The notes: generated by a model from the letters alone, not told the origin. A DNA stretch of 64,000 nucleotides from Nitrospirota bacterium (GCA_963790025.1 CAWBMP010000004.1:1472001-1536000); one strand, 5' to 3'. Shown: positions 1 through 10,734, counted from the first letter of the stretch. A program made the numbers and translations.

Positions 1-1
1 A

Positions 2-712
2 AAGCTTAAAGGATATACCTGGAATTTGATAAGGGATTACCCGCTGAAAATAGAGGTGTTTGAAGTAAAAGGCCCTTTGCTGTCGCATGCGAGCTTTCAT
101 GCTGCGTGTTCATTCCAGAGAGTCGATAATCCCGACCGGGAATTTAACGGCACAGTCATGGAGGACCCGCTTTTTACCATAAAGGGAGTGGAACTGTCCC
201 ATCAGATACCTGTTATGGCCTATGCGCTTGAAGAGGCGTTTCACATTAACATCGATAAGGCGGCCCTGAGCGCACGGGGGCTGCCTGTGGGGGCCTGGCT
301 TTCCGCATTCAAAAAATCCATAAGGGCAGGATGTCCCGATGCCACGGTTTTCGAAGTGTCGGGGAAGTCTTACAGCATCGCTGAACTTATGCCGGTTGCC
401 CACATCACCAGGGGACAGAAGATTTCCTACGTGACGGATGTGGCGCCGGATGCCGAGAATATAGAAAAGACAGTGGCATTTGTCAGCGGTTCAGACGAGT
501 TTTTCTGCGAGGCATATTTTCTTGAAAAGGACGAGGCCCGGGCTCATGAGCGCCATCACCTTACAGCTGCATTGGCAGGCCGGATTGCCCGCGAAGCAGG
601 GGTGGGCAACCTCGAACTCATACATTTCTCACCGAAATATACCAAATGCATGGACGAGATTTACAGCGAAGCAATGCGTGAATTCAGGGGCGGCACTACC
701 ATGAAATACTGA
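2..712 (+). CDS. Ribonuclease Z-like MBL-fold metallo-hydrolase, 5'-partial
   Basis: Frame open from the window edge (KLKGYTWNLIRDYP...). C-terminal RNase Z motifs YVTD, CEAYF, HHLT, HFSPKY. Confidence 0.8.
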   Translation, partial: KLKGYTWNLIRDYPLKIEVFEVKGPLLSHASFHAACSFQRVDNPDREFNGTVMEDPLFTIKGVELSHQIPVMAYALEEAFHINIDKAALSARGLPVGAWLSAFKKSIRAGCPDATVFEVSGKSYSIAELMPVAHITRGQKISYVTDVAPDAENIEKTVAFVSGSDEFFCEAYFLEKDEARAHERHHLTAALAGRIAREAGVGNLELIHFSPKYTKCMDEIYSEAMREFRGGTTMKY

Positions 713-730
713 TTTGTTGTAGTATTTAAA

Positions 731-1498
731 ATGCACAAGACGCAGCCACTTATTCTTGTTACTAATGATGACGGAGTGCATTCCCCGGGTATCATCGCTT
801 TGTTTAAGGCAATGAAGGAACTGGGCCAAGCATACATTATTGCGCCTGACAGAGAGCGGAGCGCAGTGGGCCATGCGCTGACCTTGCACCGGCCGCTGAA
901 AGTGGAGGAACTGCGCGAAAATGTTTTTAGCGTAAACGGAACGCCGACTGATTGTGTTGCGCTAGCTGTCCATAAAATATTGTCCAGGAAACCTGACCTT
1001 ATCGCCTCGGGTATAAACAGAGGCGCTAATCTGGGTGACGACATCACCTATTCCGGTACTGTTTCGGCTGCTATGGAGGGAACTATTTTAGGGGTCTCCT
1101 CGTTTGCCATTTCAGTGGTAGGAGACAGGCCTTTTCATTTTGAGAGTGCTGTTTCCTACGCCATTGAAGTCGGAAGCTACATACTGGACAAGTCGCTGCC
1201 TTACGACACCTTCCTCAATGTTAATGTCCCCAATACTCCAAAGAAGGACGCCATCAGGGGGATCAGAATCACAAAGCAGGGCAAGCGGGTTTATGATAAT
1301 GCTATTCAGGAGGTCTTTTCACCATGGGGCGATAAGCATTACTGGATTGGCGGAGGAAAACCCTATTGGGAGCAAGGAGAGGATATGGACATACAGGCAG
1401 TACTTGATGGCTATGTGTCGGTTACACCTGTCCACCTCGATCTCACTAACTATACTGCACTGGAGTGCCTGAGAAAGAAATGGCAGACGCAAACGTAA
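731..1498 (+). CDS. surE: 5'/3'-nucleotidase SurE
   Basis: LVTNDDG, GTPTDCV, SGINRGANLG and YSGTVSAAMEG signatures; pcm nearby. Confidence 0.97.
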   Translation: MHKTQPLILVTNDDGVHSPGIIALFKAMKELGQAYIIAPDRERSAVGHALTLHRPLKVEELRENVFSVNGTPTDCVALAVHKILSRKPDLIASGINRGANLGDDITYSGTVSAAMEGTILGVSSFAISVVGDRPFHFESAVSYAIEVGSYILDKSLPYDTFLNVNVPNTPKKDAIRGIRITKQGKRVYDNAIQEVFSPWGDKHYWIGGGKPYWEQGEDMDIQAVLDGYVSVTPVHLDLTNYTALECLRKKWQTQT

Positions 1499-2880
1499 AG
1501 GATTATAACGTAATAATTGTCGGCGCAGGACCGGCAGGTATTTTTTGTTCGCTGGAACTTATCGCTCATGCGCAAACTCTTAAAGTCCTTATAATCGAAC
1601 AGGGCAAGGACATCGACCGTCGCAGCTGTCCCATGAATGCCGGACTAAAAACGTGCATGTCATGCCCGGAATGTGAACTGATAAGCGGATGGGGCGGTGC
1701 AGGGGCGTATAGCGATGGTAAGCTTACCCTTTCCCCGGAAATCGGCGGATTCCTCAACCGCTATATAAAGACAGATGCCCTCCAGTCCCTGATAGATTAT
1801 GTAGATGGTATTTATGTCAAATATGGTGCGCCCGACGAACTGCACGGCGGTGACGATAACGCAGTGAGGGGCATTAAAGATCTTGCAGCCGGAAATGACC
1901 TGACTTTTGTTCCCTCCAAGATACGGCATATAGGTACGGACAAGTGCAGGGACGTATTGACTGAAATGAGAAAGGCAATTGCTGGGAAAGTCGATACCAT
2001 TTTTGAGCAGGATGTGCAGCGCATAGTTATAGATAAAAGGAGAGCGGTTGGCGTAAGGCTCGGAGATGGCCGCGAAATAAGGGCTGACTATATAATTCTG
2101 GCGCCGGGCAGGGCGTCTTCCAAATGGCTTGAGACAGAATCAAAGAGGCTTAAACTTACCCTGCTCAAGAACCCTGTAGATATAGGCGTGCGCGTTGAGG
2201 TGCCTGCACCGGTGCTTGAACCTCTTACAAGGGTTACGTATGAACCCAAAATGATATTTTACTCAAAGAAATTTGATGATAAAGTCAGGACATTTTGCGT
2301 GAATCCCTATGGCGAAGTAGTTAAGGAGCATCTGAAGGGCTTATGGACTGTAAACGGCCACAGTTATTCCGACAAAAAAACAAACAACACTAATTTTGCC
2401 ATTCTTTCGAGCACTTTTTTCACAGAGCCCTTTAATGAGCCGATATCGTATGGCACGTATATAGCACGGCTTGCCAACTTTCTGGGCGGGGGAGTAATTG
2501 TCCAGCGATTAGGCGATCTTATAAAAGGCAGGCGCTCCACCTCTGAACGAATAGCGAAGGGAATTGTCGAACCCACATTGAGTGATGCGACCCCCGGGGA
2601 CTTGAGCTTTGTTCTGCCATATCGTTATCTGTCAAATATCCTGGAGATGCTCGAGGTTTTGGACAGGATAGCCCCGGGTATCAATTCCAGGCATACCCTG
2701 CTTTATGGTGTGGAAGTGAAGTTTTATTCCATGCAGATCAAGCTCACGAACAGTCTTGAGACCGAGGTGCAGGACCTGTTTGCAATCGGCGACGGCGCAG
2801 GTGTCAGCAGGGGGCTCATACAAGCGTCGGCCTCTGGAGTGATAGCGGCGCGGGAAGTGATAAAAAGGGCGATTTGTTGA
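1480..2880 (+). CDS. NAD(P)/FAD-dependent oxidoreductase (COG2509-like)
   Basis: N-terminal GAGPAG Rossmann motif, GGAGAYSDGKL, C-terminal GDGAGVSRG. ATG at 1480 preferred over GTG at 1465. Confidence 0.88.
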   Translation: MADANVKDYNVIIVGAGPAGIFCSLELIAHAQTLKVLIIEQGKDIDRRSCPMNAGLKTCMSCPECELISGWGGAGAYSDGKLTLSPEIGGFLNRYIKTDALQSLIDYVDGIYVKYGAPDELHGGDDNAVRGIKDLAAGNDLTFVPSKIRHIGTDKCRDVLTEMRKAIAGKVDTIFEQDVQRIVIDKRRAVGVRLGDGREIRADYIILAPGRASSKWLETESKRLKLTLLKNPVDIGVRVEVPAPVLEPLTRVTYEPKMIFYSKKFDDKVRTFCVNPYGEVVKEHLKGLWTVNGHSYSDKKTNNTNFAILSSTFFTEPFNEPISYGTYIARLANFLGGGVIVQRLGDLIKGRRSTSERIAKGIVEPTLSDATPGDLSFVLPYRYLSNILEMLEVLDRIAPGINSRHTLLYGVEVKFYSMQIKLTNSLETEVQDLFAIGDGAGVSRGLIQASASGVIAAREVIKRAIC

Positions 2881-2890
2881 GGTGTTATCT

Positions 2891-3532
2891 ATGGATTATG
2901 CGAAGCTCAGGGAGATGATGGTAAATACGCAGCTTATTCCGCGAGGGATTAAGGACATCAGGGTCCTTGATGCCATGAGAAAAGTCCCCCGCCATCTTTT
3001 CATGCCTGAGGTCATCCGTGAAAACGCTTATGAAGATAATGCACTCCCCATAGGCGAAGGGCAGACAATTTCCCAGCCCTATATGGTTGCCGTCATGACA
3101 GAACTTCTAGAACTCACTGGAGACCAAAAGGTGCTCGAAATCGGCACCGGTTCAGGCTACCAGGCGGCACTGCTGGCGGAGCTTGCACTGGAGGTATACA
3201 CGATAGAAAGAATTGGGCCCCTTGCCGATAGAGCGCGTGAGCTTCTTGCCGGACTCGGATATCGCAACGTAATTGTGTTGACGGGGGATGGTTCCAAAGG
3301 GATGGAGGAAAAGGCGCCGTTTGACAGAATAATTGTTACGGCTGCTGCACCTAAACTGCCTGAAATAATTCTAAAACAACTTAAAGAGGGCGGCATTATC
3401 GTTGCACCTGTGGGAGAAAGGTTTTCGCAAATTGTGGTCAAGGGACGCAAAAAAGAGGGGGCGCTTGTCGAGGAATTCCAGGTGCCCTGTGTTTTCGTCC
3501 CGCTTATCGGCGAGTTCGGATGGGAATCTTGA
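2891..3532 (+). CDS. pcm: Protein-L-isoaspartate O-methyltransferase
   Basis: GQTISQPYMVA, VLEIGTGSGYQAA, APFDRIIVTAA, FVPLIG. Confidence 0.97.
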   Translation: MDYAKLREMMVNTQLIPRGIKDIRVLDAMRKVPRHLFMPEVIRENAYEDNALPIGEGQTISQPYMVAVMTELLELTGDQKVLEIGTGSGYQAALLAELALEVYTIERIGPLADRARELLAGLGYRNVIVLTGDGSKGMEEKAPFDRIIVTAAAPKLPEIILKQLKEGGIIVAPVGERFSQIVVKGRKKEGALVEEFQVPCVFVPLIGEFGWES

Positions 3533-3619
3533 CCTCTGCCTCTTGACATATCCATTATTAACGTGATTTATTATAATTCGGCTTGAAATCTTAAAATAAT
3601 GTAAATGGAGGAGTTCTTT

Positions 3620-4927
3620 ATGTCGCTTGCAACTTTTATGGGAGGAATTCACCCGCCCGACAAGAAGGAGCTCTCCAAAGATAAGGCAATTTCTCCGGTA
3701 AAGCCGCCGAAAAAAGTTGTCATCCCTCTTTCACAGCACATCGGTGCGCCCTGCAAGCTGGCTGTTAAAATCGGCCAGGATATTAAAAAGGGTGAGATCA
3801 TCGGCACTCCGGAGGGTTTCGTGTCCGCTCCTGTCCATTCATCGGTGTCCGGAAAGGTCGTGTCTATCGGTGAGTTTCCCCTTCCTACCGGCAGAATGAT
3901 AACATCTGTCGTTATCGAAAATGACGGCAATGAGGAGTGGACATCGCTTAAAGACAATCCGGACTATTTTAAACTCACCCCTGAAGAATTGAAGGCCAAG
4001 GTAAAAGACGCCGGCATAGTAGGTATGGGAGGGGCTTCCTTCCCTGCCCATGTGAAGCTGTCTCCACCGAAAGAAAAGCCTATTGACGTTGTCATCCTGA
4101 ACGGAGCTGAATGTGAACCGTATCTTACGGCTGATTACAGGCTTATGATTGAGAGGCCCGGGGATGTGTTAGAGGGACTCAAAATCCTGATGAAAATAGT
4201 GAATGTCACCAAAGGCGTCATAGGAATAGAAAACAACAAGCCTGATGCCATTAAGTCAATGGAGCAGGCTGTATCCGGAGAGCCGAACATCACGGTATGC
4301 GCTCTCGAGGTGAAGTACCCGCAGGGAGCTGAAAAAATGCTCATCAAGGCCTCTGTCGACCGGGAGGTCCCTGCACGGGGCCTGCCCATGGATGTTGGGG
4401 TAATAGTGCATAACGTGGGCACTGCGATCGCTGTCTACGAGGCGGCACGATACGGGAAGCCTCTTATCGACCGTGTAGTGACCGTAACCGGAGAAGGGAT
4501 CAACGAGCCCAAGAATCTTATGGTTAAGGTAGGGACGCTGGTTTCAGATCTGATTGCCGAATGCGGCGGGCTGAAATCTGAAGCCGCCAAGGTTATTTCG
4601 GGGGGCCCTATGATGGGTTTCTCGATCTATTCACTTGATGTGCCGGTAACCAAGGGGACATCAGGCATTCTCGTCCTGCCTGAAGAGGGGGTCGTTCATG
4701 CAGAGGATTTCGGTCCCTGCATCCGGTGCGGCAGGTGCATCGACATTTGCCCGATGAGACTGATGCCTTCCATGTTGAGCGTCCTGGCTGAGAAGGGATT
4801 CTACGAGGAGTCAAAGGAATATGACCTCTTTGACTGTTTCGAATGTGGTTCGTGCACTTACGTGTGTCCGTCGAAGAGGCCGATTGTTCAGTTTGTGCGT
4901 CTCGCCAAATCACAGGTAAAACCATAA
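3620..4927 (+). CDS. rnfC: Rnf complex subunit C
   Basis: GGIHP start, GIVGMGGASFP, NGAECEPYLTAD, YPQGAEK, two C-terminal 4Fe-4S motifs. RBS GGAGG before 3620. Confidence 0.96.
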   Translation: MSLATFMGGIHPPDKKELSKDKAISPVKPPKKVVIPLSQHIGAPCKLAVKIGQDIKKGEIIGTPEGFVSAPVHSSVSGKVVSIGEFPLPTGRMITSVVIENDGNEEWTSLKDNPDYFKLTPEELKAKVKDAGIVGMGGASFPAHVKLSPPKEKPIDVVILNGAECEPYLTADYRLMIERPGDVLEGLKILMKIVNVTKGVIGIENNKPDAIKSMEQAVSGEPNITVCALEVKYPQGAEKMLIKASVDREVPARGLPMDVGVIVHNVGTAIAVYEAARYGKPLIDRVVTVTGEGINEPKNLMVKVGTLVSDLIAECGGLKSEAAKVISGGPMMGFSIYSLDVPVTKGTSGILVLPEEGVVHAEDFGPCIRCGRCIDICPMRLMPSMLSVLAEKGFYEESKEYDLFDCFECGSCTYVCPSKRPIVQFVRLAKSQVKP

Positions 4928-4965
4928 AGAGCAAAAAGCCTGATTTTAGTTTTAAGGGAGTTTGA

Positions 4966-5991
4966 ATGGAAACGCTTAAGAAAGAGCATCAACTCACTAT
5001 ATCGGTAAGTCCTCATGTAAAAAGCGAGGAAACCACCAGCAGGATTATGTGGAGCGTTTCCGCATCCTTGCTGCCTGCCGCGCTGATGGGAGTTTATTTT
5101 TTCGGTCCGCGCGCTGCTGTCACTCTGGCCCTTACAATTATTGCCGCACTGGCATCTGAGTTTGCTTATCAGAAACTGCTCAACAAGAAAATCGTACTGA
5201 ACGACGGGAGCGCTTTTCTCACAGGCCTGTTGCTCGGTATGAACCTGCCTGCGTCGGTACCCTTTTATGTGCCGGTCATAGGGTCCATCGTTGCAATAGT
5301 CATATGCAAGCAGCTTTTCGGAGGGCTGGGCTATAACGTCTTTAATCCTGCCTTGATCGGAAGGGCCTTTCTGCTTATATCGTTTCCAAAGCTTATGACT
5401 ATCTGGACAGAGCCAACAGCTGCTTTTATACGCCTTGATGCAAAGACAACGGCTACCCCGCTTGGTATCCTGAAAGAAGAGGGTGTTGCAAGACTAATGG
5501 AGGTTTTTGGAGATAAAATTAATCTTTACACCCAGCTTTTCGTAGGACACAGGGCAGGCTCAATAGGTGAAACATCGGCGATTGCCTTGCTCATAGGCGC
5601 CGCCTTTCTTCTTTACAGGGGATATATATCATGGGAGATCCCCGGTTCTTTCCTGGGTACAGCAGCACTCATTGCCTGGGTGTTTGGAACAAAAGGGGCG
5701 CTCTTTGCCGGAGATCCCCTGGTGCATCTTCTGAGCGGCGGTATGCTCCTGGGTGCCTTTTTCATGGCAACTGACTACGTTACTTGTCCTTCCATGAAAA
5801 GGGGGCAGATACTTTTCGGTATAGGCTGCGGCTTTCTTACTATGCTGATAAGGCTAAAGGGAGGGTACCCCGAAGGTGTAATGTTTGCCATCCTTATAAT
5901 GAACTGCTTCTCTCCCCTTATTGACCGGAAGTTTAGAAGCAAAGTCTTCGGGGCCCGGGAAGAAACAAAAGCTAAGGAGACCAAAAAATGA
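4966..5991 (+). CDS. rnfD: Rnf complex subunit D
   Basis: KQLFGGLGYNVFNPA, FMN-binding TTATPL, FFMATDYVT; polytopic membrane protein. Confidence 0.96.
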   Translation: METLKKEHQLTISVSPHVKSEETTSRIMWSVSASLLPAALMGVYFFGPRAAVTLALTIIAALASEFAYQKLLNKKIVLNDGSAFLTGLLLGMNLPASVPFYVPVIGSIVAIVICKQLFGGLGYNVFNPALIGRAFLLISFPKLMTIWTEPTAAFIRLDAKTTATPLGILKEEGVARLMEVFGDKINLYTQLFVGHRAGSIGETSAIALLIGAAFLLYRGYISWEIPGSFLGTAALIAWVFGTKGALFAGDPLVHLLSGGMLLGAFFMATDYVTCPSMKRGQILFGIGCGFLTMLIRLKGGYPEGVMFAILIMNCFSPLIDRKFRSKVFGAREETKAKETKK

Positions 5992-6605
5992 CTTTCAAGG
6001 ACATCATTAAAATAACCCTGAACCTTGTAGTCGTATATTTGATCGGAGGTCTTATTCTTGCAGCCGTATATGCCAAAACAGCGCCCATAATATTTAGAAA
6101 TGACGAGAATGCAAAGAAACAGGCCCTCAAGTCACTGATGCCCGAAGCTGATGATATAAAAAAAGCCGGCGAATGGACTATTCATGAGAAACATGCGGAA
6201 TATTATATTGCTAAAAAGGGGGACCATATAATCGGGTATGTTGTTCAATCTTTTGGTAAGGGATATTCCAGCTTTATCAATACGCTTATTGCCGTTGATA
6301 AGGATTTCAGGGTGCAGAAGATCAGCATCCTCAGTCATGGAGAGACCCCCGGTCTCGGCGATGAAATAATGTCGGACTCTTTTCAAAAGCAATTCAAAAG
6401 CAAGGATTTCGACCACCTGAAGGTCCTGAAGACAGAGACCACCGAATATGTGCAGGCCATATCGGGTGCTACCATCTCAAGCCGGGCAGTGACCGAGGAC
6501 GCGGTAAAAAACGGCGTTAACGAACTTATTGAAGTATTCAGAGACAAGAAAGCCGGCGAGGCAGTCACAAGGGAAGGAGGTGCTGCTCATGGCACAAGCA
6601 ACTGA
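5988..6605 (+). CDS. rnfG: Rnf complex subunit G
   Basis: N-terminal TM anchor, HGETPGLG, FMN-binding AISGATISS. Confidence 0.95.
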   Translation: MTFKDIIKITLNLVVVYLIGGLILAAVYAKTAPIIFRNDENAKKQALKSLMPEADDIKKAGEWTIHEKHAEYYIAKKGDHIIGYVVQSFGKGYSSFINTLIAVDKDFRVQKISILSHGETPGLGDEIMSDSFQKQFKSKDFDHLKVLKTETTEYVQAISGATISSRAVTEDAVKNGVNELIEVFRDKKAGEAVTREGGAAHGTSN

Positions 6606-7212
6606 TATCACTTTTTGGGAGGCGATAAAGAATGGGGTCATAAAGGACAACACCATTTTCAAGCTCGCTCTCAGCCTCTGCCCCTCCATCGCGGTGACGA
6701 ACAGTCTCAAGAACGGTGTTTATATGGGCGTTGCCGTGCTCTTTGTCCAGACAATGGTTAATATCACCATTTCAGCGATGCGGAAGGTTATCCACCCAAA
6801 AGTAAGATTGCCGATATTCATGCTGGTAATTTCCGGTTGGGTCACTGTTGTGAACATGGTCATGTCTGCAATGGTCCCTGACGTTTACAAAGAGGTGGGA
6901 CTCTATATACAGCTTATCGTAGCATTCGCCTCCATTCTTGCCAGGGCGGAAATGTTTGCCAGTAAAAACACTATAAAGCCTTCTATGTACGACGGCATAG
7001 GAATGGGCCTTGGCTTTCTCTTTGCTCTCACCGTCATCAGTTTTTTCCGGGAATTAATCGGCAGGGGTACGCTCTGGGGACATCCCATAATCAATGCCAA
7101 GCCTCTGCTTATCCTGGTCCTTCCAGCGGGCGGTTTTCTTTCAGTCGGTTTACTCATGGCCCTTTTCAACTGGATGGATGCGCGTTATTCAAAGGGCAAG
7201 AGCGGACACTAA
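6589..7212 (+). CDS. rnfE: Rnf complex subunit E
   Basis: LCPSIAVT, RELIGRG, LPAGGF. RBS AGGAGG before ATG 6589. Confidence 0.93.
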   Translation: MAQATDITFWEAIKNGVIKDNTIFKLALSLCPSIAVTNSLKNGVYMGVAVLFVQTMVNITISAMRKVIHPKVRLPIFMLVISGWVTVVNMVMSAMVPDVYKEVGLYIQLIVAFASILARAEMFASKNTIKPSMYDGIGMGLGFLFALTVISFFRELIGRGTLWGHPIINAKPLLILVLPAGGFLSVGLLMALFNWMDARYSKGKSGH

Positions 7213-7223
7213 AGGAGGAAAAA

Positions 7224-7817
7224 ATGCACAATGAATTCACAAAAATGTTTGAGCTTGTAATTGCCGCATCCCTGATAAATAATTTTGTGTTTACGAAATT
7301 CCTCGGTCTCTGTATATTCTTCGGTGTATCAAAAAAGATGGAGACTGCTGTTGGAATGAGTATCACCTTTACCGCTGTAATGATGCTCGGTGCGGCTGTA
7401 AACTGGCTTGTTTTTAATAAAATAATGGTCCCGCTTGATATTACCTTCCTGAAGATCATAGTCTTTATAGGAGTTATAGCCGGTCTGGTCCAGGCGTCCG
7501 ATACTATTATGAGAAAGATAGCCCCGGCACTCTATTATAAGCTTGGTATCTATCTTGCCCTTATTTCGACGAACTGCATTATTCTTGCTGTGCCGCTGGA
7601 AAACGCACAAGAGCACTTCAGCTTTGTCGAGAGCCTTGCTTTCGGTCTGGGCTCGGGTATCGGTTTTGGTCTTGCCCTGATTATAATGGCCAGCATTCGC
7701 GAGAAGCTAGAATTGGCTGATGTGCCGGCGCCGTTCAAGGGGCTGCCTATGGCGTTCATTGTCACGGGACTGATAGCCCTGGCATTTACCGGGTTCTCAG
7801 GGTTGATAACGATGTGA
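7224..7817 (+). CDS. rnfA: Rnf complex subunit A
   Basis: NNFVFTKFLGLC, LGIYLALISTNC, ASIREKLE. Confidence 0.95.
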   Translation: MHNEFTKMFELVIAASLINNFVFTKFLGLCIFFGVSKKMETAVGMSITFTAVMMLGAAVNWLVFNKIMVPLDITFLKIIVFIGVIAGLVQASDTIMRKIAPALYYKLGIYLALISTNCIILAVPLENAQEHFSFVESLAFGLGSGIGFGLALIIMASIREKLELADVPAPFKGLPMAFIVTGLIALAFTGFSGLITM

Positions 7818-7934
7818 TGAGATGTAATATATGTTAAGAATTCCGGGTGGCAGTTATTAATATATTATTGTTAAAATATTATATATGCTGCTCAACCAAC
7901 GCAGTACGCCGTGCCAATTTGGAGGTAATGTTGC

Positions 7935-9098
7935 ATGCATGATTTGCATAGAATAATAGCTGAGATTCTTGGTATGTTTCAGCTTGCGGATATCTATCAT
8001 TTCATTCTTCCCCATGTCGGAGTCGGCGGTGGAGTGGAGGGGCGCGAACATGTCGAAATTGTTCCACTGATAAAGTTCACGCTGATCTTTTTAGCCGGGG
8101 TCAGCGTCCTGTTCGGACTCGGCCTTGCCTTTGCTGCGAAGCGCTTTGAGGTTAAAATCGACCCGAGGGTTGAGAAAGTAAAAGATCTTCTCGCGCACGC
8201 GCATTGCGGCGCTTGCTCTTATGCAGGCTGCGAGCAGTACGCCGAGGCCGTCGTCAACAAGCCGGATGTTGCACCTAATCTTTGTATTCCGGCCGGTGCA
8301 AAGGCGGCAGAGGCGATAGCATTAATAACCGGGAAAAAGGCTGATATAAGAGAGCCCCAATTTGCCCGGATTATGTGCCAGGGGAGTTGGAGCAAAACGA
8401 CAAAAAGATTCAAATATGAAGGCGTTCAGGATTGCAGGGCCGCTGTTCTCGCCGGGAGCGGAGACAAGTCGTGCATTTACGGCTGCCTCGGTTACGGGAC
8501 CTGTTCCCGCGTATGTCCTTTCGGCGCCATAACAATGAATGAGGACCATATGCCTGTTGTTGATATGGCCAAATGCACCGGATGCCGGAAATGTGAGGCT
8601 GCATGCCCTAAAAGAGTCATTGAGGTGCTGCCGGCGTCAAAGGCCGTGCTGGTATCCTGTCATTCAATGGACAAAGGCGGAGTGGTACGGAAAAACTGCG
8701 AGGTTGGCTGTATCGCTTGCGGGAAATGCGTTAAGGTTTGTCCTTTTGATGCACCTGGGATCGGGAATAATCTCTCCCGGATAGATATAGGCAAGTGCAG
8801 GGTATGCGGTCTTTGTGCAGGGGTATGCCCCACCAATGCAATTGTTGATTTTATACCCCGCAGGCCCAAGGCAGTTGTAACCGATAAGTGCATAGGATGC
8901 CAGATATGTGCCAAAGTTTGCCCTGTGAATGCCGCAAGCGGCGAGCCGAAGAAAAAGTATGTAATTGCACAGGAAAAATGTATAGGTTGCGGCATGTGCA
9001 CGGCAAAATGCCCTGTGCAGGCCATTGACGGCACCTTTAATGCACAAGAGGTGTTTGCCGCAGCCGCAGCTAAAAAACAGAAGGCCACGGCAGCATAA
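7935..9098 (+). CDS. rnfB: Rnf complex subunit B, polyferredoxin type
   Basis: TM anchor, FeS motif CGACSYAGC, multiple CxxCxxCxxxCP motifs; ends the rnfCDGEAB cluster. Start uncertain. Confidence 0.93.
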   Translation: MHDLHRIIAEILGMFQLADIYHFILPHVGVGGGVEGREHVEIVPLIKFTLIFLAGVSVLFGLGLAFAAKRFEVKIDPRVEKVKDLLAHAHCGACSYAGCEQYAEAVVNKPDVAPNLCIPAGAKAAEAIALITGKKADIREPQFARIMCQGSWSKTTKRFKYEGVQDCRAAVLAGSGDKSCIYGCLGYGTCSRVCPFGAITMNEDHMPVVDMAKCTGCRKCEAACPKRVIEVLPASKAVLVSCHSMDKGGVVRKNCEVGCIACGKCVKVCPFDAPGIGNNLSRIDIGKCRVCGLCAGVCPTNAIVDFIPRRPKAVVTDKCIGCQICAKVCPVNAASGEPKKKYVIAQEKCIGCGMCTAKCPVQAIDGTFNAQEVFAAAAAKKQKATAA

Positions 9099-9195
9099 CT
9101 CCTTAAAGCCCTGTTATTACCTGCTACCAAACCGTTGACACAAATCGTTGAGGGTATTGACATTTATGTTTTAATTGAGTTACAAATATACGCAT

Positions 9196-10692
9196 ATGAA
9201 AAAATGTGGCCTTTTAGCCGGAAGTGCACTTCTTTTAACCATGGTTTTATTGACGGCTGCATCGGTAAATGCCGATGCGACAAAGGTCTGGCCGCCGGAT
9301 CCTGAGAATAATACCGTTAATATTGTTGATAAACCTCCGGCGCTTCCTGTTACACCTCCACCCTTCGCTCAGGCCGTTCCAAACAAGACGATAGTTGCAA
9401 ACGAAATCCCAACCGACAAAAATGAAGCCTCTTCTTCTGTAAGTCCGCCTGCCCCTGGCCAGGCGGGCAAAGAAGCTGCGACAACTGTTCCGTCAGCCGG
9501 AGGAGAAAAACAGGTTGCCGTTACCGTGCCTGAAAAAGGCAAGGACGATAAAAATAAAGCCCTGTTCAATGATGATTACGCATCAAACAAAACGGCGCTG
9601 AAGGCCATAGAAAAAAGTGTCGGGATCTTTTCAGACAGGATAAAAGAAAGGTTCTCCGTCTATCTTGAAAGATCGTCGCGGTATATAGACATCATGCAGG
9701 AAATACTGAAAGGAAAAAACCTTCCTGAAGACCTCGTGTTCTTGCCTATTGTTGAAAGCGGTTTCAATACGGATGCGTACTCCAGGGCGAAGGCAGTGGG
9801 CCCATGGCAGTTTATTGCTTCTACGGGAAAGCGTTACGGCCTTGTAATTGATTGGTGGCGTGATGAACGGAAGGACCCGGTAAAGTCAACTATGGCTGCT
9901 GCGGATTATTTGAAGGACCTTTACAAAATGTTCGGTTCATGGAACCTTGCGCTGGCCGCATATAATGCGGGAGAGGGAAAAATTTCAAAGGCACTCAGGA
10001 AAAGCGATTCGGGTGATTACTGGTCTCTTCTCTCCACAAAGCAGATAAAGAATGAAACGAAAGAGTATGTACCGAGTTATATAGCTGCCACAATGATCGC
10101 TACTAGCCCTGAGGAATACGGTTTTAATAATCTGGATTACAGAGAACCTTTGGAATATGACGAGCTGACTATCAGTTCACCGCTCGATATAGATGTTATC
10201 GCAAAATGTGCCGAGTGCACAGTAAAAGAAATCAGAGAAATGAACCCCGAACTCAGGAGATGGAGTACACCGCCTAACATCCGGAACTACACGATAAGAA
10301 TTCCGGAAGGGAGCAAGGATATTTTTCTGGACAACCTCGCGTCCATACCAAAAGAGGAGCGGTTTACCGTTGGGCAGTATACCCTGAAAAAAGGCGACAC
10401 TATAAAAAATATTGCCAGGAAGACAGGCATACCGGCTTCAACCATTCTCGCAATGAATTCCCTGAGTGGACTGGGACATTTGAAGGCAGGAGATACGATA
10501 ACGCTTCCGCCAAAAGATAAATTCAGCCCCGATCCCGATGATAGGGCATCAATTGTTCAGAAAGTCGCATACAAGAAAAAATCGTCCGGCAGGCGTTCCG
10601 GCAAGCGTTCAGGCAAAAAGGGCAAGAGGGGTTCGTCAGGAAAGTCTCATAAAGCAAGGGGCAAGAGCAGAGTCAGGACCAAAAGAGCCTAA
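9196..10692 (+). CDS. Lytic murein transglycosylase (MltD-like, SLT + LysM)
   Basis: Signal peptide, IVESGF, AVGPWQF, AAYNAGEG, ETKEYVP, LysM repeat, Lys/Arg-rich tail. Confidence 0.92.
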   Translation: MKKCGLLAGSALLLTMVLLTAASVNADATKVWPPDPENNTVNIVDKPPALPVTPPPFAQAVPNKTIVANEIPTDKNEASSSVSPPAPGQAGKEAATTVPSAGGEKQVAVTVPEKGKDDKNKALFNDDYASNKTALKAIEKSVGIFSDRIKERFSVYLERSSRYIDIMQEILKGKNLPEDLVFLPIVESGFNTDAYSRAKAVGPWQFIASTGKRYGLVIDWWRDERKDPVKSTMAAADYLKDLYKMFGSWNLALAAYNAGEGKISKALRKSDSGDYWSLLSTKQIKNETKEYVPSYIAATMIATSPEEYGFNNLDYREPLEYDELTISSPLDIDVIAKCAECTVKEIREMNPELRRWSTPPNIRNYTIRIPEGSKDIFLDNLASIPKEERFTVGQYTLKKGDTIKNIARKTGIPASTILAMNSLSGLGHLKAGDTITLPPKDKFSPDPDDRASIVQKVAYKKKSSGRRSGKRSGKKGKRGSSGKSHKARGKSRVRTKRA

Positions 10693-10734
10693 GTGCTGAT
10701 GTCCCAAATTGTCTGTTTTAAGTTATAGTAATAC

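Noticed and set aside
3550..3580. Rex-like operator upstream of rnfC
   Set aside because: Only a weak partial match in AT-rich DNA.
10584..10625. 12-bp repeats at the 3' end of the transglycosylase gene
   Set aside because: They simply encode a low-complexity SGKR-type basic tail.
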